From a virus, in the IMG/VR virus record IMGVR_UViG_3300028416_000014, positions 3,429 through 67,428 of that record: a stretch of 64,000 nucleotides of DNA; one strand, 5' to 3'. Each line of letters opens with the position of its first letter. Position 1 is the first letter of the stretch. The notes under the pieces are model-generated. The model was not told the origin of the DNA, made no database searches, and saw only the letters and a program-made list of their open reading frames with translations. This document shows, piece by piece, positions 9,376-20,400 of the stretch. The translations under genes and the position numbers were made by a program.

Positions 9376-11331
9376 TTATATATTTGTTAAATCTGATAGT
9401 AATTTCATTAATTTTTTATCGTTCTTTTGTTTAGCCAACTTAGCGATATTCTTTAGGTTTTTCTTATTAAGACCCTTACCACTATGCCCAACTAAATCTG
9501 AATAACCTTTCATCCATCTATCCCTTTTATAATCAATAGAATCTTTGTGATTGACTTGGATATGTTTTTTGATTTGTTTTTGTATAGTATCAATCTTCTC
9601 CATTTCCGACCAAGATACTTCGTTTATTGATTTGAAATAATCTTTCCAATAATATTTAAGAAATCTAAAGTTATTAAATGATAAACTGGTTGTCCAATCC
9701 TCTATACTATAGTCTAACGATGACCCGCCTGAATGGAAGTGAACAAATAAATCTTCCGGCGTATCTTGTTCATGATATACTTGAGCAAATCTAAAATCGT
9801 TAGTCGTATCTGGATGAATAAAAATAGCGAGTGTAACAATACCATTTTCATAATAAAAAGGCCCATTCTTTTTTATCCATTTTTCTGGATTCTTAATTGA
9901 TTTGAATCCCTGTATTTTAGCAAATTTCTGAACCATATTCAATAAATTAGTAGTAGAGTCTACTTCATTTATCGATTCACCTAGTGGTTTTAAGTCAGTC
10001 ATATCACCACTCAATTCATAATCAGCAGTCCAACCTACTTTGTTTAACTGCTTAATAGTTTTTTTAGCAGCAGCATATGAATCATCATCGAAATCATGTG
10101 CATCTAATACATCTTGTACTTCTTGTGGTAGTAGTTCATATTCATCAAAATAATCTATCTTAGGGTCGTATTTGAACTTAGCTTCATTAATTGATTCATC
10201 AAGATAATCTAAGAAATATAGTGCTTGTTTTAATGTTCGTGGATAATTACCAGTTTTTTCTTTAGCCAATTTAACTATGTACATAATAGCTTCTTTCCTA
10301 CCTTTACCAGCCTTAACTTTATCTGTTATTGATATAGCTTTATCCAATTTCTGCTTTTCATCAGATGATAATTTAATTTCATTTACTGATTCTTTTATAC
10401 CTTGTTTTTTGATAGCTTTCAATAAGTCATCTGTATCTACATACAAAGTTCCAATAACTTCTGTATCACCATCAGGTAGTATTTTTTTAAATGTGGCACT
10501 TGTTGCATTTACGTTTGTACCTTTTCCTAAATAATATTGATTTTGACCAATTTCATACTTTTTACCATCCTTACCTATTATGTTATGATGTTGTCCATGA
10601 ACCCACATCTGACCACCTACAAATTGTTTTAATCTCTGCTCAGCACTCTTTGCACTTCCAACTACCGATGGCATTATTTTTTTAAGTAAAGATAGATTCA
10701 TATCTGGCTGTGACATATAAAAGTTTCTATCTGTCCATTCATTTACGGATTCTTTCTTCCAACCACCACCTGCGGCTTTGTATTTCTTAGCGGCCCATGC
10801 ATTTGCATATGCAGATGGGTATACATCAAACTTTTTCTTAGCTTGTGATTTATAGTAAGACCACTTTGATGGATTTGTAGGTACATTCTTTTCTAACAAT
10901 GTATTTAACTTTTCCACCAAATTGGGTTTATTTGTTGATTCATGTAAACCCATATCAACCCACATTTTTAAAACTTTATAATAATCATCAGGAGTTAAAC
11001 CTCTATCTTCTCCCCAAGTTGTTTCACTTGTAAGGTCGTACATTTGTTTTGCTAACGCTTTTAAATTCCCCTCTTTCCAATAAAGTGTTGCTCTACGGTT
11101 TCCTCTATCCATCAACCTTAATTCTCTACCTCTTTTATCGTGTGGGTCTGTACTCCATCCAGCTGATGAATTTACGTTAATACTGAACTGTGGTAATCCA
11201 TCAACTTTAAAAACTGTAAAATCTGGACCAGTTGCATAGTCCTTTGATTGTCTAGTTATTTTTAAAGTTTCTGTAATCTGAGATTCTCTTAAACTATCTA
11301 TATATGATATAGTCCACTCTTTTAAATTCAT
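9376..11331 (-). CDS. Second putative capsid cargo polyprotein with (E/K)S(V/I)NE linkers
   Basis: 651 aa; ESVNE x2, ESINE x2, KSINE and ESTNK separate dissimilar segments. Confidence 0.6.
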   Translation of the reverse strand: MNLKEWTISYIDSLRESQITETLKITRQSKDYATGPDFTVFKVDGLPQFSINVNSSAGWSTDPHDKRGRELRLMDRGNRRATLYWKEGNLKALAKQMYDLTSETTWGEDRGLTPDDYYKVLKMWVDMGLHESTNKPNLVEKLNTLLEKNVPTNPSKWSYYKSQAKKKFDVYPSAYANAWAAKKYKAAGGGWKKESVNEWTDRNFYMSQPDMNLSLLKKIMPSVVGSAKSAEQRLKQFVGGQMWVHGQHHNIIGKDGKKYEIGQNQYYLGKGTNVNATSATFKKILPDGDTEVIGTLYVDTDDLLKAIKKQGIKESVNEIKLSSDEKQKLDKAISITDKVKAGKGRKEAIMYIVKLAKEKTGNYPRTLKQALYFLDYLDESINEAKFKYDPKIDYFDEYELLPQEVQDVLDAHDFDDDSYAAAKKTIKQLNKVGWTADYELSGDMTDLKPLGESINEVDSTTNLLNMVQKFAKIQGFKSIKNPEKWIKKNGPFYYENGIVTLAIFIHPDTTNDFRFAQVYHEQDTPEDLFVHFHSGGSSLDYSIEDWTTSLSFNNFRFLKYYWKDYFKSINEVSWSEMEKIDTIQKQIKKHIQVNHKDSIDYKRDRWMKGYSDLVGHSGKGLNKKNLKNIAKLAKQKNDKKLMKLLSDLTNI

Positions 11332-11750
11332 TATGCTCCTGTTTTTGAATATGTTGGTTTTTGACCTTTTTTCTTTTCACCACCCTTTTTGGTGTCTCCA
11401 CTTTTCTTTTGTGCTGCACGTTTTCTTCTTACAAATGCGGCTCTTCCTTTTTTACCTAATTTTCTAGCTTTTTCTGCTGATAAACACGCGGCATATGCAC
11501 CACCCTTTTTACCACCACCACACTTACCTAACTTTTGACCCTCAGCCCCATATCTATCCCAACCACCTTTAGTTGTTCCACCAGCACCACCTTGACCAAA
11601 CCATTTTCTTAAATCTTCAGTCATTAGGTTTTGATTACACAACACTTCATAAATATCTGAAAGTGCGTATTCTTTACACAAAGTAACATCCACACCTTCA
11701 TTATAATAATGTTTGAACCTACTGTTTAGGTAATTCTTTAGTACTTCCAT
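11331..11750 (-). CDS. Hypothetical basic, Gly/Lys-rich protein
   Basis: 139 aa; LMTE followed by a DLRKWF...GGWD...KCG basic module. Confidence 0.65.
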   Translation of the reverse strand: MEVLKNYLNSRFKHYYNEGVDVTLCKEYALSDIYEVLCNQNLMTEDLRKWFGQGGAGGTTKGGWDRYGAEGQKLGKCGGGKKGGAYAACLSAEKARKLGKKGRAAFVRRKRAAQKKSGDTKKGGEKKKGQKPTYSKTGA

Positions 11751-11976
11751 GTCCTTTTGCCCAAATTTTATCTACAGATGCTAAACCTAATGAACCAAAT
11801 GCTAGAGCAGTTACTGCGTTTATCAAACCCATCTCAACCGGATGTTCTGTAAATAGGTTAATGAATAAAGCTACACATAGACTTAACCCAGAAACAATAC
11901 CGATAAATCGTTTAGATGATGGTGTACCCTTTTCATCTTTAAGTAATCCAGTTAACCAATTAACTATCTTTTTCAT
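11719..11976 (-). CDS. Putative holin-like two-TM protein
   Basis: 85 aa, PSSKR followed by two hydrophobic helices. Confidence 0.5.
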   Translation of the reverse strand: MKKIVNWLTGLLKDEKGTPSSKRFIGIVSGLSLCVALFINLFTEHPVEMGLINAVTALAFGSLGLASVDKIWAKGHGSTKELPKQ

Positions 11977-12556
11977 TCAAATCCGTTTTTAACTTTCCAA
12001 TATATTCTTCTTTAAATTTTTGGAAACCTTTTTCTATACGGTCTATTACTTCATCTTTATTTAAACCACCCCACTTTTCAATAGAACCATCTTCATTTAT
12101 AAAGTTAGCTTCAATCGAATATTTTAAAATATCCTTTTCTATCTCTGCTTGTTTCAACCATGCTTCTGCATTAGCTAATAACTTTTTCTTTTCGTATTCA
12201 TCATATGTGCCATCTAACTTCATCTGATGTTCCATGTCCACAACACAATCTAAGCACATTCCATGATATGCTTTCATTTTTAAATCAGCTTGCGCTGGGT
12301 CTAAACAACTACATTCATCCTTTCTACAATTAGGAAACTTTTTTAAATCATTTCTGAGCTTATGTAGTTTACCTAACTTTACCTTATACCCTCGTTTTTG
12401 TTCCCACGTCTGACCATCTTCATCAGTCCAAACATCACCAACGTTTCGTTTTACAACTTCTTTTGTTTTATCAAATGATACAGTTTTCTTTGTTTGGGTT
12501 TTGTGTTTACCCTCTAACATTTCTTTAACTGCTTTGATGTTTTTTAATTTACTCAT
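11960..12556 (-). CDS. Hypothetical protein with Cys cluster
   Basis: 198 aa with CRKDECSC...CLDC. Confidence 0.7.
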   Translation of the reverse strand: MSKLKNIKAVKEMLEGKHKTQTKKTVSFDKTKEVVKRNVGDVWTDEDGQTWEQKRGYKVKLGKLHKLRNDLKKFPNCRKDECSCLDPAQADLKMKAYHGMCLDCVVDMEHQMKLDGTYDEYEKKKLLANAEAWLKQAEIEKDILKYSIEANFINEDGSIEKWGGLNKDEVIDRIEKGFQKFKEEYIGKLKTDLNEKDS

Positions 12557-12593
12557 AACTTTTGGTTTTTTAAAGTAATTGATAATAAATATG

Positions 12594-15077
12594 TTAATAA
12601 TACATTAAACCTAATATCTGATTCAATGGTGCAAATGTGCCTGTTAATTTGTAGGTATTACCTTTATATACAAATACAATACCCTCACTTGGAACTAATT
12701 TTTGCTTACCACCTGCGGCTAGTAATCGTTCTAATTCTAATTTTAATTTTTCTATTTTACGTACATCACCACTCTTTTTGATATCTTTTACAGTCTGGTC
12801 TAATCGTTTTTTCATAGCTCGTAGTGCAGTATCACTATTTACAGTTAAAACCGAACTCATTATCGATAATACATCAGCACCAACCCCTAAGAATATATCT
12901 TCAAACTTTCTTAAATTAGATTTTGATAATTTCTTTTGGTCTTTCTTATCAGTTTTTTTAGCCCAAACTAATACATTCGTATCTGTTATGTTTCGTTTAT
13001 CCAATCTAAAAGATTTATCCATAAACGCCCACCTCTTAACTAATCCCATTTTAGTTTTATTATCTAATGTAGATGGTGAATTTTCATCAACCCACACTTC
13101 CCACCAAGCTTGATGATAATCAGCAACACCATCACTATCAGTTAACCCATACTCTTTTTGTAATTTATCAATCATTGATAGATATTTAGATTGTTTAGTT
13201 GATAGCTGGTCTGATTTAGGTAATTGTGTTACGGGCGGCCCTTGTATTGTGTAATTTTTCTGAATGTTTTTATTTATTTGCTTAATCATACCGGCTAGCA
13301 TTCTAGCAGCACTTTGATTTTCACCAATTGCCTTACCATCCACATCATACTGCATTGTACCATGAAATATAAGTAGCGGTTGTCCGTATGGTATTACATT
13401 TACGGATGTTGGATAAATTACCTCTAAATTCATAAACGATGAGCCTTGCTGAAACACTTTATCTCTTTGTGATTTACTTAATGATTTGATAGCATTACTC
13501 AAATCAACCATAGCAAAATTATATGCATCTGTTAACCCACCCCTACCTTGAAACTTTGAAGCTATACCACTTATATCCAACGCACCCTCACCACTATTTT
13601 TTAGATGTGATTTATTCCTAGCAGCAATCAAACCCATATCATCACGCCAACTTATAGCTAATGCTTGACCATCAGTTTTTTCTCTTGTTAGTTCTAAGTT
13701 ACCGGTTAGAGCACCCCTAACTATATTTTTCAAATCACTAAAGGTTAAATTCATTTCAATATCAAATGGATGATTCATATGCCCATATGCTCCACCTTCT
13801 GTAAGTAATGATTCGTTTACGGGTGTTCCACCCAAAAATTCAACAAGTTTATATCCGACTTGAGTAGCAACATTATTAATATGATTTTTCCAAGTTTGAT
13901 AATCAGGTGAATCTTTTATTGATTTATATGATTTAGCATTAACACCACTTACACCAGATGGAAAAAATGATACAGGATAAGCATCATCTATTGAACGATT
14001 ATCATCGGCATATATATCATCACCATTTGGATTTAATATGTAATCTATAACTTGAAATCCAAGTCGAAATGCAATTTTATCATTAATAGCCTTATATGAT
14101 TTTGAATCTCCAAAGAAAACTCCAGGACCATCATCTACCAATGATTTACCTAAAGCTCCATTTGTTGATGCTTCTTTAATCGTTACAAAATTTTCCGATT
14201 CTGGTATTTCATCATATACTTTATATACTGATTTTATTATAGCATGTAATCCTTCAGTTTCATCATCTATTTCAGATGGATACATATTATCTGCTGTTGG
14301 AAAGTGTAATTGTGTATATTTTAGTTTTTCAAACCACGGCTCACCTCTACCTTTAGCACTATTTTTACCGATAACCCTAACATCATTAGGTGGTAAATAT
14401 CCTTCTTCAGGCTCACCGGGTTCTACATTCGATTCTGATATTAGTTTGTTTATATCAAACGTACTTAGAAACGATTCTAAAGTAGATTCAAGTTTATACA
14501 ATTTACCACTTATTAGGTTGAAAATTTTAGGATTAAACTTACCGTAAATACGTTTGAATTCAGATTTACGTTTGGATTCACTACCACTTGATAATGATTT
14601 TCTAACTTCAGTACCACTAATTGTGCTTAGAGCTGGTGCTACATAAACATACCCCTTTTGTTTATATCCCATTTGGATTTTATCAGGATGGTATGGGTCG
14701 AAGTACTTCCCTTTTAATCTATACCTATCCTTTTCACCAACCACCGGTATAAACGCTGTGGTATTCGAATCGAAATTACCAATGATTTCTTTAGGTGCAT
14801 ATGGATTTCTAATCTGAACTATTTTGGATGATGGAATACCAAACATTTTCATCATTATTTGTTTTTTTTCAACAAACTTAAATGGTGATTTTAAAGTATC
14901 TGTTTTGTTTGATGTTCCAATGTAAACATTATCTTTACCAAACTTATCTACTAAGTGTTTGTAAGTAGCGTAATGTCCTGAATGAAATGGTTGAAATCTA
15001 CCACTATACACTATAACTTTATTTTCTATATTTTCGGTTAATATGTTCTTAACCCATTCTTTAATTAATTTTCCCAT
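12594..15077 (-). CDS. Multidomain protein: N-terminal HxGH cytidylyltransferase-like domain plus C-terminal ATP-dependent ligase-like domain
   Basis: GRFQPFHSGH and ISGTEVR in the N-domain; EKTDG, NLEVI and EGIVF...YKLTG in the C-domain. Start set at MGKLIKEW (15077). Confidence 0.75.
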   Translation of the reverse strand: MGKLIKEWVKNILTENIENKVIVYSGRFQPFHSGHYATYKHLVDKFGKDNVYIGTSNKTDTLKSPFKFVEKKQIMMKMFGIPSSKIVQIRNPYAPKEIIGNFDSNTTAFIPVVGEKDRYRLKGKYFDPYHPDKIQMGYKQKGYVYVAPALSTISGTEVRKSLSSGSESKRKSEFKRIYGKFNPKIFNLISGKLYKLESTLESFLSTFDINKLISESNVEPGEPEEGYLPPNDVRVIGKNSAKGRGEPWFEKLKYTQLHFPTADNMYPSEIDDETEGLHAIIKSVYKVYDEIPESENFVTIKEASTNGALGKSLVDDGPGVFFGDSKSYKAINDKIAFRLGFQVIDYILNPNGDDIYADDNRSIDDAYPVSFFPSGVSGVNAKSYKSIKDSPDYQTWKNHINNVATQVGYKLVEFLGGTPVNESLLTEGGAYGHMNHPFDIEMNLTFSDLKNIVRGALTGNLELTREKTDGQALAISWRDDMGLIAARNKSHLKNSGEGALDISGIASKFQGRGGLTDAYNFAMVDLSNAIKSLSKSQRDKVFQQGSSFMNLEVIYPTSVNVIPYGQPLLIFHGTMQYDVDGKAIGENQSAARMLAGMIKQINKNIQKNYTIQGPPVTQLPKSDQLSTKQSKYLSMIDKLQKEYGLTDSDGVADYHQAWWEVWVDENSPSTLDNKTKMGLVKRWAFMDKSFRLDKRNITDTNVLVWAKKTDKKDQKKLSKSNLRKFEDIFLGVGADVLSIMSSVLTVNSDTALRAMKKRLDQTVKDIKKSGDVRKIEKLKLELERLLAAGGKQKLVPSEGIVFVYKGNTYKLTGTFAPLNQILGLMYY

Positions 15078-15108
15078 AATAATAAATACTATTTTAAAAA
15101 GTTTACGT

Positions 15109-17439
15109 TTAACTTGGTGCAGTTGGTAGCTCTGGTGAGTCAGAAACAGCCCCACTCGATGCATTAGCTGAAAACTGTCGTGTTGCGAATATATTTATGT
15201 TTTTAATTCTAGTATTAGCACCTGATGTTCCTGTACTTAAACTGAATATAATTTTAGAGTATTTGTTTAAGCTGCCAGTTGGTATTTCTTGTATAGCGCC
15301 AGCAACAAATCCAGAAGATATTGAATAACTTGATGTTAATGTAGATATAGCAGTACCGGTTGAACTTAACGGGTATGTTTGTATATTTGAAGTTGATTCG
15401 AACGAATCGTAGTAATCGATAGTTGTACTACTACCAGTTAAGGCGTTTGCTATTGATATTATAACATTATGTGAGCTTAATACCACACCATTAGCCGTAC
15501 CTTTTGCTTGAAATGATATACCCATATGGGTTTCACCTTCTAAAAATCGGACCGGATATTCAACTACAACTGTGCTTGGGTTTACATCTGATATATATTC
15601 AGTATTATCTTGAACTAACACACGGCCTAAGTTTCTAAAATCAGCTACACCTGCTTGGGTGTTTATAAGTTCATATAAAGTACCACCATAATTTTGTCTA
15701 ATTAGTAAGTTAGACCCACTAATACTACCACTTGCATTTAGAACTAAAGCGTTTATACTGCTTGATATTTCAAACTTAGATTCTATTGATTGTGATGTTA
15801 TTGTGAATCCACCAATATCACCTGCTGTAGCCGTTACAGTACCATTTAAGGTTACATCACCATTTGGCTGTAGGTGAAAGTTAGATGAGCTTATTTCTAT
15901 GTTTCCATCTGAACCACTTATGAATTGTGAACCCGTATTACCTACAAAGAACTTATCGGTTTTTATATCTAATACACCACCACCAGCGGTTGTGAATATC
16001 ATATGCCTATCATCATTATCACCTACCAATTGTAAACCCACCCCACTTAGCGAATCAGAACCTAAAGTAATACTTCCCGAATACATTATAAACCCACCAG
16101 CGCTTAACCCTAAAGATGCACTTGTTTGGCCGAGATAACCAACTGATTGAATTAACCCGCTTGAACGGCCAGACATTTCCATACCCTTTCCAATTTCATT
16201 GGATAGATACATTGAACCAGTTACAAGATTATCATTTCCAGCAAAATAATAATTACCACCTTGAAAAACATATGGTTCTGATGTAGTTAGAGTTTTGGAT
16301 ATTTCACCACCATAATTTAGGTATTGGAATCTTAGCTTCTTAGCATCTTTTAAGTGTTCTGATGGTATTGGTACTTTGATAGTGAATGATGTGCTAAATG
16401 GAACTTGCACTTCGTGTAATAGCTCATAGTCACCCGGCAACCCATCTGATTTTATTAATACCTTTACCTTCTCCACCAACCCAACTATTGGGTCTACATT
16501 ACTAAGTGTAATATTAGCGTATGACCTCTTATTTTCTGTTGCTTGATTTGAGCTAGTTGAAAAGTAATCAACCGATGTTCTAACTTCATCTACAAAATTA
16601 AATGTATGGGTTAAATCAGTTTTATCTTGAAACTCGGTAGTGTATGGTTTATCTAATATAACAGTATTACTATCAATTACAGAAACAATTATTGGATTAT
16701 AGTTAAGTGATATTGGGTTTGGTATATTAGTAGCCGGTGTTGCTTTGTTAAATACAGTTGGTGTATCAAAATCAAGTGTAGACCCGACCATCTCACCATT
16801 AAAAGTGTTGCCAGTAGTACTTGTTTTTTGAGCGATTGGTGTACTTCCTTTATAAATATATCTGACTTTTATTGTACCAGAACTTACTTTAGTTAATTCA
16901 GTACCGCTAAATGGTAAGTTCTGGTACGATTCTATACTTTCAGATATGGATACTGATGGTAATGATGTTGGGTTAAATAAAACGGGCGATAGGTTATTCC
17001 TATCCCTATCCACTAAAACAACAACAGACCATCTTACGTTTGGGTTACCTTTGAATCTATCTGGTATAGGATTACCATTTAAATCCACTTTAGATTCACC
17101 AACAATTGTTATCGTAGCGTTACCATTTGGTGTATTATCATCATCTTTATCATGGTATATCCAAATTGATATAACCCGACTCTTATCATCTTCTATGTAA
17201 TCTGGTATTTCAAAATATATAGGATTTCCATTAGAGTCTCTAACATCAATCAATACTTTAGAACCATCAACAAGGTTTGTTGGATGTGCTTTTATCCTTA
17301 AAAGATTCTTCCCTTTCTGTAGTATTTGTGGAACATCGGATACTCTAAAAAAGTTTGGTGATAGCGGTGTACTATCATCAATATAAACTTCTATATTTTG
17401 TAAATCTTCCCTCTGTTCGTTTTTAAATGTTAATGACAT
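15109..17439 (-). CDS. Virion structural protein (tail/baseplate-associated)
   Basis: 776 aa, Ser/Gly/Thr-rich beta-type composition, with a fibre-like GTVTATAGDIGGFTI motif. Confidence 0.6.
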   Translation of the reverse strand: MSLTFKNEQREDLQNIEVYIDDSTPLSPNFFRVSDVPQILQKGKNLLRIKAHPTNLVDGSKVLIDVRDSNGNPIYFEIPDYIEDDKSRVISIWIYHDKDDDNTPNGNATITIVGESKVDLNGNPIPDRFKGNPNVRWSVVVLVDRDRNNLSPVLFNPTSLPSVSISESIESYQNLPFSGTELTKVSSGTIKVRYIYKGSTPIAQKTSTTGNTFNGEMVGSTLDFDTPTVFNKATPATNIPNPISLNYNPIIVSVIDSNTVILDKPYTTEFQDKTDLTHTFNFVDEVRTSVDYFSTSSNQATENKRSYANITLSNVDPIVGLVEKVKVLIKSDGLPGDYELLHEVQVPFSTSFTIKVPIPSEHLKDAKKLRFQYLNYGGEISKTLTTSEPYVFQGGNYYFAGNDNLVTGSMYLSNEIGKGMEMSGRSSGLIQSVGYLGQTSASLGLSAGGFIMYSGSITLGSDSLSGVGLQLVGDNDDRHMIFTTAGGGVLDIKTDKFFVGNTGSQFISGSDGNIEISSSNFHLQPNGDVTLNGTVTATAGDIGGFTITSQSIESKFEISSSINALVLNASGSISGSNLLIRQNYGGTLYELINTQAGVADFRNLGRVLVQDNTEYISDVNPSTVVVEYPVRFLEGETHMGISFQAKGTANGVVLSSHNVIISIANALTGSSTTIDYYDSFESTSNIQTYPLSSTGTAISTLTSSYSISSGFVAGAIQEIPTGSLNKYSKIIFSLSTGTSGANTRIKNINIFATRQFSANASSGAVSDSPELPTAPS

Positions 17440-17452
17440 TTATTCTCCTTAA

Positions 17453-20400
17453 TTATAAATATCGTATGGTGGAAAAACCATCTATTTTGTTAATATCTAT
17501 TATCTTATCAACCATATCACGTGTTTTATCAATGTGAGATATTGTAACTATAAAATCAAACTGCGTTTTTAGGTAATCAAACAATAAATATAATGAATTG
17601 AAGTTACCACTATCCAATGAACCAAACCCCTCATCAATAGCTATAAAATTAGGTCGTGGTAAGTTTGATACATTCGTTAGTGCTGTTCTAATTGCTACCG
17701 ATGATATGAACCGTTCCATACCACTTGATAATTCCAATGGCCAATATTTATCATCAGAATATGCTATATATGAATTTATATTTTTACCATCGGTGTTTAG
17801 TAGTATCTGAAAATCTACTAATGGATTTAATATGTTGTTGATTTCAATTTCTAACTTTGGTAATATGTTGGATATTAATTGATATGGTATACCATCTCGC
17901 TTTACACATGATAGGTATGATTCATAACCCTCATACTTGTTTTCCATAGTTTCAAGCGTATCAATTGATGCACTTATATTTTCGATTGTATTAGTGGATA
18001 TACTCACATTACCACTAATATCAACTATGGATTCATTTATTTCACCTATAGCTTCATCCATATCACTTAATGATATCCTATGTTCATTTATCTTTTCGTT
18101 TAATTTTGAATTATATTGAATTAAAACTTTTTTTTCTATCCAATTCTGAATGGATTGATTTGTAGATTCTAGTGAAATATTTAGATTTTGTAATTCCAAT
18201 TTACAAGAATTAGATATTAGTTTCAACCTATCAATTTCATTTTCAAGCTCTAATATCGATACGTTCAACTCCTTTACTTCTGTTAGTGTGTCAGTTACAT
18301 CGTGCTTTTTAACCCCAATAGATGCACTATCGAATTCACCACCAAGTGTAAGTAATTTCATAGATATAAGCCTAATTTCATTTTCTAAATTTTTAGCTTG
18401 CTTTGCAAATGGTGTATTTTTATTAGCTACACAATGGGTGCACCCATCATCGAAAGATAAAGAACCAATACCATCTAAGTGTTTTTGTTTATGTGACATA
18501 TCATTTTCCAATTCAGATACTTGCAATTGAATTTTATCTAATAATTTGGAGTAATGTTGATATTTGGTGTAGCTTTCTTTTAGTGATTCAATGTTAAATT
18601 TAGAATATTCCATATTCAAGCAGTTTAAAGTAGTACCTTTTTTTGAAAGTATATCAATGTACTCCCCATACTCAATCTGCTTTTTTTGTATTTCATTTTC
18701 AAGATTATCTCTATCTGTAGTTAATTCTTCTATATCGATATTAGTTATATCAATTGACTTTATTTGAGATAACAATGTCTCTATTTTATTAGATAAGTCG
18801 TTTCTATTTAGTTTTAATTTATTTAATTTTAATTTAGTGTCTGATAATATAGCATTCTGCTTTTTAAATTCAATTTTTGATTGTGATAGTTTTTCCGGTA
18901 AGTTTCTATTTTTATAATCCTTAACCAAAGCACTTAGTTCTTTTATATCATCGCTAGCTATTTGATACAACTTTTCAAATACGTTAATATTTAAAAACTG
19001 AGCTAATAGTTCCTTTCTTTCTTTTTGTGATTTATTAATGAACCCACCGCTATTGTTTTGGTTTGACATGGCTGTTAATACAAATTCATCATAAGAACCA
19101 ACGTACTGTCTTATTATTGAATTAGTTTCCCTACGTTCTTCACCATTTAATGAATGTGTTTCACCATCTATAATACAGTAAAACTCGACATTAACTTTTA
19201 CAGTACCCCGTTTGGGTGATTTTTTACCAATTCGTTCAATGTAATAATCTATACCATTTATTTCAAAAACATACTTACAACTGAATTGTGATTTTTGGTT
19301 ATTTAATACATCAATAGCCTTTGATGTTCTTGAACATTTATCAAATATACAAAATGATAAAGCATCCCATAATGATGATTTTCCACTTGCATTTGGCGCA
19401 AATATACCATAAGTACCATTTAAATTTTGAAAATCAATGATATTATTTTCACCATATGAAAACATATTTGAAAATTCAAATCGTTTAGGTTTCCAAATTA
19501 TATTTTTAAGCTTGTTATTATTAGTGATTCTGTTGTTAATATCAGTATTTATTGATGTTACTACATCAATCTGCGTATCACTTAGGATAAGTTTATCGTT
19601 CAAAAATTCTTTAATAAGTTTATTTTGAAATCCAACATCATCCAAGTTATGAATTGATAAGCTTGATTTTTTATTGGTGCTTTCATTTACATTAAGTACT
19701 TTTTGTATGGATAATTCCTGTACCTTGCAATTTGTCTTTATATTGGTAACTATTTTATCCAACTGTGATTGTGTTGTGTTGTTAGCTCTGATTCGTATTC
19801 TCGGCTTAGTTGGTATCTCAGGATTACCAATTAATTTGCCATTTTGTACATCTAAAGTAACATATCCATAATCATTATGTATTGGTACGAATTCAGATTT
19901 TTTAGTATCAACATCCCATACCAAAATACCATGTTCGTTATATTTAGCTTCTGAGTGGTTCTGCATAATAGTTGAACCACAATATTTAACAGTCCCACTA
20001 TCATTTAAAGATTGATTTGGAACGTGTATATCACCTAATAGTACTAAATCGTAACCATTAAATGAGTCAATATTTACATTCTTATTTTCTATCTGAAATC
20101 CATGTTCTGTTTTTACGTTATTAACAGGCCCATGATATAATGCTATTTTATAATCACCACTAACATCGTTTGATTTTATTATATTTTTCGAATCACCAAA
20201 TACAGATGTATGTGAAAATGAAATACCACCCATTTGCCAAACACCACTATCTTTTAAGTAATGTAAGTTTTTATGGTTTATAGCATTTACAATCGGTGTA
20301 AGCGCATCCATTCTAGATGGGTTATTCAGATTAGCATCGTGGTTTCCCGGTATCAATATGGTTGGTAATAAATCAGATAGTCTTTTTAGAAATGTTTGAG

